Of a stretch of 64,000 nucleotides of DNA, positions 30,265 to 39,700 are shown one piece after another. Each line of letters starts with the position of its first letter. Positions within the stretch are counted from its first letter, which is position 1. The stretch lies in IMG/VR virus record IMGVR_UViG_3300042878_002054. The stretch is one strand, 5' to 3'. A program made the position numbers and the translations under genes. Under the pieces are notes generated by a model that did not search any database, was not told the origin of the DNA, and saw nothing but the letters and a program-made list of their open reading frames with translations. The DNA is from an uncultured virus (IMG/VR IMGVR_UViG_3300042878_002054) (taxonomy: Duplodnaviria > Heunggongvirae > Uroviricota > Caudoviricetes).

Positions 30265-30996
30265 ATGATAGTAGTTTGTAAAAGACCCACAAAAAGACTT
30301 ATTAAAGGAGTTCGATACGAAGTAGAGAACCTATGGAATGACGGAACTAGCCAAAGATGGGTCGAAGGTAGAGTTAGTATAAAAGATGTCGGTAGGTTTT
30401 GTGTAGGAAACTTTGTTGACACAAATGGAAACGAACTTCCTAAAGTAAAGATTGTAAAACCTTTAGCACCGATTCAAAGAATGGTTTTCTCTGATTTGAA
30501 AGAAGGAGACATATTAGTTTGTACTTCAGATAACTATAAGACCCTTTTAAAGGGTGGTATGTATCGAATAGAAAAGTTGCATTCCGTCTCTACTCAAAAA
30601 ACCGGTTGGAACAATATGCCTCACACTTATACAGAACAACATATCAAGTTCGAAGGAGTAACGAGGAAGTTGAAATTCAACACATGGACTTTCAGACAAT
30701 TGAACTCAGAAGAGTCGAGAGAGATAAGTTTAAACACGTTGCTAAATGATGAAGAAGCACCGGTCATAAAATCTCAGAACATCAAAAAAATAGATTTGAT
30801 GTCAAACAAAGACACAGTTCTTATGGAGATATTATCAAAGTCTATCATAGATCCAAATAGACATCACCTTACAATCCCGGAATGGGCTTGCGAGAAAATA
30901 GCATCAAAACTTTCATTGGTAGTATCTGACTTTGAATACCTTATGGATCTACCACTTAGAGAAGTACTTGAATTATTAGAAACCAATAACAAATAA
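30265..30996 (+). CDS. hypothetical protein with two short beta-rich repeats
   Basis: VVC...LIKGVRYEVE and LVC...LLKGGMYRIE; degenerate motif REISLNTLL. Confidence 0.7.
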   Translation: MIVVCKRPTKRLIKGVRYEVENLWNDGTSQRWVEGRVSIKDVGRFCVGNFVDTNGNELPKVKIVKPLAPIQRMVFSDLKEGDILVCTSDNYKTLLKGGMYRIEKLHSVSTQKTGWNNMPHTYTEQHIKFEGVTRKLKFNTWTFRQLNSEESREISLNTLLNDEEAPVIKSQNIKKIDLMSNKDTVLMEILSKSIIDPNRHHLTIPEWACEKIASKLSLVVSDFEYLMDLPLREVLELLETNNK

Positions 30997-31000
30997 ATAT

Positions 31001-31492
31001 ATGGAATTAGAAGAAAAAATTAAATTGCTTAGAACTAAAAACTCAGAGGTATACAATCTGAAAGACGAAATTTTCAATCTATCAAAAGATGTTTTTGAAG
31101 ATTGGTGTAAGAACGTTTTTGAAAAGTATTCTAAGATAGAATCTTTTGGATGGAACCAATACACTCCTTACTTCAATGATGGAGATACATGTACATTCTC
31201 TGCGAATACAGACTATTTGAGTGTAAATGGTGAATATGTAGATGATGCAGAATGGATGGGAGAAACTGTAGTAACAAACTGGGGAACTTACAACAGAGAA
31301 ACTAAAGTCTATGATGGTAGAGTAGAAATACCAAACGAAAAGTATGATAAAGAGCTTGAAGATGCAACCGATGAAATCAGAAACTTTTTACAGACGTTCG
31401 ATGATGACTTTTATATCAGAAAGTTCGGAGACCATAGTGAGATTACGGTAACAAAAGAAGGAGTTGAAGTAGATGATTATGATCACGACTAA
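31001..31492 (+). CDS. acidic hypothetical phage protein
   Basis: ORF containing WNQYTPYFNDGDTC. Confidence 0.75.
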   Translation: MELEEKIKLLRTKNSEVYNLKDEIFNLSKDVFEDWCKNVFEKYSKIESFGWNQYTPYFNDGDTCTFSANTDYLSVNGEYVDDAEWMGETVVTNWGTYNRETKVYDGRVEIPNEKYDKELEDATDEIRNFLQTFDDDFYIRKFGDHSEITVTKEGVEVDDYDHD

Positions 31493-31545
31493 ACCTTTTG
31501 ATTTAAAAAAGTAAAACAAACAAATAAATAAACAAAACAAAAATT

Positions 31546-33435
31546 ATGATTAGTATTTTAACAAGTTATTGGTGGATTGGAGCTTTAGCATTATGTTTAG
31601 TAATGTATAAGTTCGTCCTTAGAGTGTTCTTCGGTTTGGCAATCGTACCAGAAGACAAAATTGGTTTAGTGACCAAAAAGTTCGTTCTTTTCGGTGAGAA
31701 CAAAGAGTTAGGTGGTGATAGAATCATCGCAGTAAACGGAGAAGCAGGTTTACAAGCAAAAACTCTTTCACCGGGTTTACATTGGTGGATGTGGCCTTGG
31801 CAGTATAATGTAGACATGCAGGGATTCGTAATCATTCCTGAAGGACATGTTGGTTTAGTAAACGCTAAAGATGGTAAAGTTCCACAAACAGGACGTATCT
31901 TAGGACGTAGAGTTGAATGTGAAAACTTTCAAGACGCAGTAGGATTCCTTAATAACAATGGACAAAAAGGTCGTCAGTCTGCTTACATTCCTAACGGATC
32001 TTATAAAATCAACACACACTTATTCGAAGTATCTACAGTCGCACAGGTTCATATTCAAGAGAACATGGTGGGAATCGTTACTACATTAGATGGTGATCCA
32101 TTAGAGGCTGGACAGATTGCTGGAAAGCTTATTACAGGAAACAACAACAACTACCAAGATTTTGATGCTTTCTTAGAAGCAGGTGGTAATCGTGGTTTAC
32201 AACAACAAGTAATCTTAGCCGGTTCTTATAACTTAAATCCTTGGGCTATCAATATTGAAGAAACTCAAATGACTGAGATTGCGATTGGACACGTTGGTGT
32301 TGTTATCTCTTATGTTGGTGATGAAGGAGTAGACGTATCTGGAGATACTTTCAAACACGGTAACTTAGTTGCTAGAGGTGAAAAAGGTGTATGGGCAGAG
32401 CCACTTGGACCTGGTAAATATCCAATCAACAAATACACTAACAAGATTGAAATCGTTCCTACGACAAACTTAGTTTTAAACTGGGCGAACGCACGTTCTG
32501 AGTCTCATAACTTAGATAAAGGATTGAGTACAATCACCGTACGTTCTAAAGATGGTTTCCCATTCAACTTAGACGTATCTCAAATCATTCACATTCCTAT
32601 GAATGAAGCACCAAAAGTAATCGCTCGATTTGGAAATATGAACAACCTTGTATCTCAAGTATTAGAGCCTACGATTGGTAACTACTTCCGTAACTCTGCA
32701 CAAGATCAAGACGTTATTGCATTCTTATCTACTCGTAAAGAAAGACAAGACTCTGCAAAACACCATATCTCTAAAGTATTAGATGAATACAATGTTCACG
32801 CAGTAGATACGTTGATTGGAGATATTACTCCACCAGAATCTTTGATGAAGACTTTGACAGATCGTAAGATTGCAGAAGAGCAAGAAGTAACATTCGAAAC
32901 TCAGAAGAAAGCTCAAGTTCAACGTCAAACATTGGAAAAAGAAACAGCGATTGCTGATATGCAAGCTGAAGTTGTGAAAGCAGACCAAGGTGTTCAGATT
33001 GCCGAAAGACACGCCGATGCTTCTGTTAAGAAAGCAAAAGGTGATGCCGAATCTGTTAAAATCTCTGCATCTGCAAATGCTGAGGCTACCAAAATGAAAG
33101 CACAAGCTGACGCGACTAAAACAACATTGATTGGTAAAGCTGAGGCTGATGCTACACTTGCAAAAGGACAAGCTGACGCAGAATCTTATAGATTGGCAGT
33201 TGATGCGATGGGTAAAGAGAACTTTACAACATTCAAAGTAACTGAAGAGATTGGTAGAAACAACATCAAAATCATGCCTGATATGTTGATTGGTGGCGGA
33301 CAAAATGGTGGTGGTGGTCCAATGGAAGGCCTATTAGGATTACAAATCTTAGATATGATGGGTAAGAAAATCAATAAAGAAGATGATGTGAAAGATGTCA
33401 CTTCTGAAGAAGTAAAACCTACTAACAAAAAGTAA
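31546..33435 (+). CDS. SPFH/band-7 (flotillin-like) membrane protein
   Basis: N-terminal TM helix, repeated ..GPG.Y.IN units, TVRSKDGF, Ala/Glu-rich coiled coil. Confidence 0.88.
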   Translation: MISILTSYWWIGALALCLVMYKFVLRVFFGLAIVPEDKIGLVTKKFVLFGENKELGGDRIIAVNGEAGLQAKTLSPGLHWWMWPWQYNVDMQGFVIIPEGHVGLVNAKDGKVPQTGRILGRRVECENFQDAVGFLNNNGQKGRQSAYIPNGSYKINTHLFEVSTVAQVHIQENMVGIVTTLDGDPLEAGQIAGKLITGNNNNYQDFDAFLEAGGNRGLQQQVILAGSYNLNPWAINIEETQMTEIAIGHVGVVISYVGDEGVDVSGDTFKHGNLVARGEKGVWAEPLGPGKYPINKYTNKIEIVPTTNLVLNWANARSESHNLDKGLSTITVRSKDGFPFNLDVSQIIHIPMNEAPKVIARFGNMNNLVSQVLEPTIGNYFRNSAQDQDVIAFLSTRKERQDSAKHHISKVLDEYNVHAVDTLIGDITPPESLMKTLTDRKIAEEQEVTFETQKKAQVQRQTLEKETAIADMQAEVVKADQGVQIAERHADASVKKAKGDAESVKISASANAEATKMKAQADATKTTLIGKAEADATLAKGQADAESYRLAVDAMGKENFTTFKVTEEIGRNNIKIMPDMLIGGGQNGGGGPMEGLLGLQILDMMGKKINKEDDVKDVTSEEVKPTNKK

Positions 33436-33450
33436 TAAATACTTTATAAT

Positions 33451-33483
33451 AAAAAAGCCCTCTGAAATCAGAGGGCTTTTTTT
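33451..33483. terminator. bidirectional intrinsic terminator
   Basis: AAAAAAGCCCTCTGA-AA-TCAGAGGGCTTTTTTT. Confidence 0.9.
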
Positions 33484-33949
33484 ATGATTCAACTTCTAGA
33501 ACGTATTGTCCTGGATTTGTTTTAAAATCTTCTTTTGTCATTATAGTTATTACGGTCAGTTTAAACTCATAATCACCTGGCTGAAGTATACAAACAACGT
33601 TCAAATCGTTTGTTTTGTTTCTTATTACGAATCTGTTTGGCTCTCCTGCCTTCACTCCTCTTGTTGGGTAGTTGTCCTCGTTTTGATAGATGTCGAACTG
33701 ATCCTGCATAAGTGCGATAGTCAACTCTTCAATCGCTAATTCTACGGTTTCAATGATATCATCGTCCGTTATCATTTCACTCACACCGTGTCTCCATTGT
33801 CTATCGGCAGCATGTGGTGGCTTTTCAATCTCGATCCTTATCTCAACTGGTTGTTTTAAATAACCAATCTCTACCGGCTTTCTGGAAGCCATAGCTCTTC
33901 TGTCTATGTAAGGTCTATTGAATGCTTCAAATAATACTAAATGTTTCAT
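33482..33949 (-). CDS. hypothetical late protein, possible internal head protein
   Basis: Likely start MKHLVLFEAF at 33949; TTAATATATAG 4 nt upstream. Confidence 0.7.
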   Translation of the reverse strand: MKHLVLFEAFNRPYIDRRAMASRKPVEIGYLKQPVEIRIEIEKPPHAADRQWRHGVSEMITDDDIIETVELAIEELTIALMQDQFDIYQNEDNYPTRGVKAGEPNRFVIRNKTNDLNVVCILQPGDYEFKLTVITIMTKEDFKTNPGQYVLEVES

Positions 33950-33996
33950 ATCTCTATATATTAATAAACTTATTTCATTTTTTGGATACAATATTT

Positions 33997-34389
33997 ATGG
34001 AAAATGAGGATTTATACAGAAACTTAGTAATCTTACTAAAGATGTTCAAAAACAGGCCTTATCACCTGGCTAAATATCTTATAGAAAATTCTGCGTTCAG
34101 TCCAGAATTCATCAAAAAAGTTTCAGAAAATGGAAAGCTCACAAATCTTTCTTCGGAAGATGATGATAAAGCCAAACAACCTATATACTTTTTGGACATA
34201 GGAAAAATGAACGATTATTATAGTTCATTTACAGATGACATCAAACTTCTCGAAAAGGGAAAGACTCCGGAAGAAATAGAAGCAGACTTAAACGAAAGGT
34301 TGGATAAACTTCTATTTGAAGAGAAATATGAAGATGCTGCAAGAGTCAGAGATTATATGGCAAAGAATAAAATAAAAAGAATAAAATAG
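33997..34389 (+). CDS. protein with a C-terminal UVR (UvrB/C) motif
   Basis: LNERLDKLLFEEKYEDAARVRDY; start ATG 33997. Confidence 0.7.
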   Translation: MENEDLYRNLVILLKMFKNRPYHLAKYLIENSAFSPEFIKKVSENGKLTNLSSEDDDKAKQPIYFLDIGKMNDYYSSFTDDIKLLEKGKTPEEIEADLNERLDKLLFEEKYEDAARVRDYMAKNKIKRIK

Positions 34390-34436
34390 AAAACTTTAAC
34401 AAATAACAAACTATAAATATCATCACTCTAAAAAAT

Positions 34437-35543
34437 ATGAATATGAATAACACAATCGGAAACGAAGAATTGGCTTACTTATTTGAAGACACTTCTTTCA
34501 CTACCAGAAATGGTAAAAAAAACAAAAACGTTAAAAAGACACCTGAGTATTTGGCGTTAGAAAAACTCTACGGAGATTTTGAAGTTCAGGTTCCGGAAAA
34601 AGGAGCGGTTTCTCCTTCTGTATATGTTGGTCACAAAGGAGATCAATATCTTTTTGAAGTTGCTGGTTACAAAGACTACGTTAGAGTAGACGACAGACCA
34701 AATGAAGCAAAATATCTTAAAAACATCGAAGTTGGTGATGTTGTAGATGTTATCATCGTTGACATCAACGAAAAAAACTACCTTATCAAAGGAAGTATTG
34801 CGACTCTTTATGAATCAAGAGCTCACGCAAATCTTAAATCTTTAGAAGAAGGTGAATCAGTAACTGTATTAGTTAAAGCTCTTAACCCAGCTGGATACGA
34901 AGTAGAGATTTACAATGGTGGTGTTACACTTCCAGGATTCATGCCAAACACTTTAGCAGGAATCAACAAGTTAGTTGATCCAACTTCTATCGTTGGTGTT
35001 ACTTTTGAAGTAATGATTGAGTCTTTTTCTGAGCATGAGGGAACTTACATCGTGAGTAGAAGAAAATACCTTCACACTCTTAGTGGTGCTGCAATCAAAG
35101 AACTTAACCAAGAAACGGTCTACAACGGACACGTTACAGGAACTGCACCATTTGGTGTATTCGTAGAGTTCAACGAATGCTTGACTGGTATGATCCACAA
35201 AGCAAACGTACACCCTGAATGGCAAGACAAACTTGGCGACATCAAGCCTGGATTTGAAATCGAATTCTACGTGAAAGAGATTATCAAAGACAAAATCATC
35301 CTTACTCAGATTTTGAGAGAGACCCTTTGGGACAACATCAAAAACGGACAAGTATTGGATGGAGTTGTTAAAGACACCAAACAATTTGGTACTCTAATCA
35401 ATCTTGACGCAGAGACTGTTGGATTGATCCACACATCTGAAATGGAGAAACTTGGTAAAAAGTTTATTCCTGGACAAGAACTTAAAGTGAAAGTTCTATC
35501 TGTCGACAGAATGAGTAGAAAAATATTCTTAACTATTGGTTAA
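34437..35543 (+). CDS. rpsA: ribosomal protein bS1-like protein (about four S1 domains)
   Basis: S1 repeats: GFMP...IVSRR, G.VTG.APFGVFVE...GMIH, GVVK..KQFG.......GLIHTSE...KVKVLSVD...KIFL. Confidence 0.85.
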   Translation: MNMNNTIGNEELAYLFEDTSFTTRNGKKNKNVKKTPEYLALEKLYGDFEVQVPEKGAVSPSVYVGHKGDQYLFEVAGYKDYVRVDDRPNEAKYLKNIEVGDVVDVIIVDINEKNYLIKGSIATLYESRAHANLKSLEEGESVTVLVKALNPAGYEVEIYNGGVTLPGFMPNTLAGINKLVDPTSIVGVTFEVMIESFSEHEGTYIVSRRKYLHTLSGAAIKELNQETVYNGHVTGTAPFGVFVEFNECLTGMIHKANVHPEWQDKLGDIKPGFEIEFYVKEIIKDKIILTQILRETLWDNIKNGQVLDGVVKDTKQFGTLINLDAETVGLIHTSEMEKLGKKFIPGQELKVKVLSVDRMSRKIFLTIG

Positions 35544-35559
35544 GAATTGGTAGGCAAGT

Positions 35560-35592
35560 AAAAAAGTCTCAGAGAAATCTGAGACTTTTTTT
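35560..35592. terminator. bidirectional intrinsic terminator
   Basis: AAAAAAGTCTCAGA-GAAA-TCTGAGACTTTTTTT. Confidence 0.9.
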
Positions 35593-35596
35593 ATTT

Positions 35597-36286
35597 TTAT
35601 AACTTTTCAAAATTAAGATTAAAGAAATATTCAAAAGTATATAAAGAACTTGGTTGTTGCTGGTTGAAAGTTACTTTGGCATATCCACCATCTACTGACA
35701 TTTCAGATTGAAACTTTGTGAACTTAGTTGTGGGACTTACTATTTCAGAATTCCATGCATTCTTATATCTAAGAAGATTTTGACTTCTCAAATCTTTATA
35801 TCTTAAATACAAATCTATACTTGATAGTTTGTATCTATCTATTACATTGAAATTTATGTAGTTGTTTATTGCGGCATTTACATCATTGTAATAGTTCATA
35901 TTGGTTCTTATTCCTTCAAATGTTCTCCAACTTTTCAGTTCTGCGAAAAGATAGTTTGCAAGTATTCCTTTTAGGTTCAAATCAAGTGTCCAATTAGTAA
36001 GATTTTCTTTTGTATATTCTGTTTGTGTTGGATCAATAGTTAATATATGATTCTTTTCTTTGTCTACGGAAGCAGAATAAACATACGACTGAAGTGTGTT
36101 CTCAACCGATAAATCTAACTGTTCACCGTTTGGCATCTGGTAATAGATTATGTTTTGATTGTTTATTAATATACTATCTTCTATTTCAAGCATTTTTGCA
36201 CCAAAGAAATTACTTTCTTCGACCATATTGTAGGTTCCATATACTTCTTTATGTTCAAATTCTGGTGATATATAGTTTCTTCTCAT
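35597..36286 (-). CDS. hypothetical probable structural protein
   Basis: 229 aa ORF in the minus-strand late block. Confidence 0.7.
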   Translation of the reverse strand: MRRNYISPEFEHKEVYGTYNMVEESNFFGAKMLEIEDSILINNQNIIYYQMPNGEQLDLSVENTLQSYVYSASVDKEKNHILTIDPTQTEYTKENLTNWTLDLNLKGILANYLFAELKSWRTFEGIRTNMNYYNDVNAAINNYINFNVIDRYKLSSIDLYLRYKDLRSQNLLRYKNAWNSEIVSPTTKFTKFQSEMSVDGGYAKVTFNQQQPSSLYTFEYFFNLNFEKL

Positions 36287-36702
36287 TATCTATCTAAGTT
36301 GTTTTGGTTTCTAGTTTGAACATAGGATCTTCCAATCACAAAGTTTTCTTTTTCAAATCTCTTTATTACTCTGTCTACATTGTCAACTTCTTGAGATTTA
36401 AAACTTCTTGTATCTTTGAAAGTTCTTTCTTCCGGAACTATTGTTTCAAAATGATATCCTTGATCCCACGTAGATCTGAATATGAAGAAGTCCATGAAAG
36501 TGTAACCAAACTCATCAAGCATAGGGTATATAGAATTTGTTTGAAGTTTTAAAACACTACCTTTTCTATTGACCTTTCTTACTCTTCTTTCAAGCATTAG
36601 TCCAAAGTCTGTAAGATCCGTATCGAACTTGTAATTTCCATACAAAGGTTTGTAGAAAGAAGATTCTGATTTTGTGTATGAAGTCTGACTATAAAAGGAC
36701 AT
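36286..36702 (-). CDS. hypothetical probable structural protein
   Basis: 138 aa ORF with TTAATATATA at 36721-36730. Confidence 0.65.
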   Translation of the reverse strand: MSFYSQTSYTKSESSFYKPLYGNYKFDTDLTDFGLMLERRVRKVNRKGSVLKLQTNSIYPMLDEFGYTFMDFFIFRSTWDQGYHFETIVPEERTFKDTRSFKSQEVDNVDRVIKRFEKENFVIGRSYVQTRNQNNLDR

Positions 36703-36732
36703 ATCAAAGATTATTTTTATTATATATTAAAA

Positions 36733-39700
36733 TTAAAGTGTTATATAGCTAAATGTTCCATTAGTAGGGATTGGATCTGTTTGGTTAATAGAATAGTATC
36801 CTACACTTGAAGTCAATCCTGTGGCATCCATTACTTTTACATCAAAGATCATTGGAGTATCAGGACTATCTAAGATACTATACGTGTTAGATGTAGTAAA
36901 CGACTGAGTTGCGAACATATCTGAATCATAACTTATTTCAGGAGAATATCCAAAAGCCCATTGGAAAGGTGGATTCATTCCGGTCGCACCAAGAGTTACA
37001 AGTAAACTAGATCCAAAAGATGTGAAGTCTGTTATATCAATAGAAAAAGTTGGTTTTATTCTAGATATATCAACTTTTAAATCACCATAAGTAGATTTAT
37101 ATTTTACAGACAAAATATTGTAGTTTCTCATTAGACCATTTTCTTTTTGTGTCTTATCATAGTCTAAAAAACCTTTACGAACATCATCTACGACATATGT
37201 AGAATCTACCGGATGTGTCTCAAATATGAAGTCTATTCCGGAAAAGATACTTTCGTTTAGAATTATGGATTTTATCTGATTGTAGAAACCTGCACCAACA
37301 AAGTTAGAAACGTTTCTAAAAACACCTGTAGTACTTATTATATGAGTTATCCAGTTTTTACCATCATATCTTAGGTTTGTGTCCAAATCTTTTATATACA
37401 CGACATCATTTATTTCTGGAGGTGTATAAGACCAAGTTCCTGAAAGACTTGCATATGTTGATGTCCATCCTACAATAGATGCGGTACTTGATGCAGGTAT
37501 AAAAGTTCCAGTAGGATCAACCAATCCTCTAACTACACTAGCAATACTATTCTTTCTTAAAAATACAGAAGATGTTCCCGGAACCGAATAAGTTCCTGAC
37601 CAATCAAGTGTTGGTGATGTTCCTACCAAATACTTATCTCCTTCTAATGCACCAGCAGTCCATACCAAACTAGGATTTGGACTATTAGTTTGTGTTGCAA
37701 TAACTATAGGTGTGTTTGATCTTGAAATTGCAGAACCAAGTTCTCTTATTGAAGACGCACTTGGTGATGTTGGTTTTACCACAGGATTATTTTGAACGGT
37801 AAATATAGTGTTTGATACATAAGAGTAAGAAGCTCCTGAATATATTGTATACCTTTTCTCAACTGCAGTACCATTTCTTTTAAATGAGAATATCAGTTCT
37901 TGTGTATTTTCGACATTAAGAGCGATTTGCATCTCGTTATATTCAGTAGCATTATCTTTTTTGAAAAGCTCGATATCATAGAATAAAGGAACATAGTTTC
38001 CACCAAATCGGAATACGGTGTCGTTTATTATGTTTTCACCACCATGATAGTTTTTTCGAACAACTGGATTGTTTTGATTTGTTTCTATCGTAGTTGCAAT
38101 ATGTGTGTTGTTGAAGTAGTTCAACTCAGTAATATCATCGATCTTACCATCTGGCAATGTTTTGCTTGCTTTAAGACCAGATACCTTCACTTGACTAATA
38201 TTCAAAGAGTTTACTTTTATATCTACTCTTTCTGGTTTTTCTGCAAAAATTATATAAGGAAGACTTTCTATGTTATCAAAATTATAGTTCTTCAATACAC
38301 CATTAGAGTCTATTACTTTGTAGTTAATGTAGTCTGTAAAATCGTGTTTATTTGAAAGATTATTTATTGCTGCGATAAAATTCATTGCAGTAAGTTTTTT
38401 GTTCAAAGAAACATAAAGTTCATCTCTGTTTTTATTACTTAAACCCGTCAGTGTATTATCATTTATTGCTATGTTAACAAAGACATGCTTCCACTTTTCA
38501 TTTATATAAATGTTTATACCATTTTCTAAAGTCATTTCCCAAGGATTTGATATTATCTGATAATACTCATTGTTTGTTTTAATCAAAGGATTCTTATTAG
38601 GTTGGTATTTAAAAGTCGTATCTTCAACAAAGCTATATAGTCTATTCCATAGATTTGAAATACCTGGTTCATCACCACTACTTATAGTAGTAGCTAAATT
38701 GTTAGCTATATAAAGTATCTCATGATGAACTATATAATCCTTAGGTTTATAAGTAGAACTTGGATTCCATATCTGTATTTCGATCCATCTTGTAGAGTTA
38801 GCGTCTACCGGAGATATTTTCTCCCAATATTTCTGCCATGAGTTTACTGAGTTTAAAAACTCCTGAGTATAGTTAGGTGGATATATGTTGTTATCTAAAG
38901 TAGATTTATAGTAGTCTCCTCTATAAAGTACAATAGATCCCATTGAATATCCCATATGACTTATTCTACCATTAGAGTCTCTAAATAACCTAGAGTTTGT
39001 TTTGTATGCAATAATAGGATTCCAAAAGTCGATAGGTTTTTCATATCCGTTAAACATGTAAAAGTCACCGCTATTGTAAACGACTGCTTTTGAAAGTGTA
39101 TCAGAACCTTTTGAATAGTAGTTATTCTGACTATTTAAAGGATTGAACATTATCATGTCTGGATCGACATAGTATTCCCAGTCTGCACTTAGATTATATG
39201 GTAATGCCTTTATCTGAATAGAGTTTTTATTAACCGTTGGCATTGTTGTCTTACTATTTCTTAGTGCTCTATATAGTATGTCGTTATAAACTACTATATC
39301 TGACTTTTTATAGTCTTTATCCATCTTCCATTCGTCTATTACATCCCAATACATACCATTACTCTTGTGAGATAAAAGTATACTGAACTTATAATCTTCA
39401 AACTTGTTAGATGTTTTCGTATTTATCGTTTCTATTTGACCATTTGAGTTCTTTTTAATACCATCAACTTCATGTATCAAAAACTTTATTCCTCTAAATA
39501 AAGTAATGTTTGGAATAGTTTGGTCACCACCAGAGAATAAAGAATATTTTCTGGTGTTTTTTTGTATTTGATTAGATAAAAATGTAGTCTTTCTATCAAA
39601 GAACCAAGAGAAATAGTCAAAATTATATTTTTTAGTAGTTGTTCCGTCTGCATATGTATCAGTACCTAAATATTTATCAATATCAAAGTAAAATCTACTA

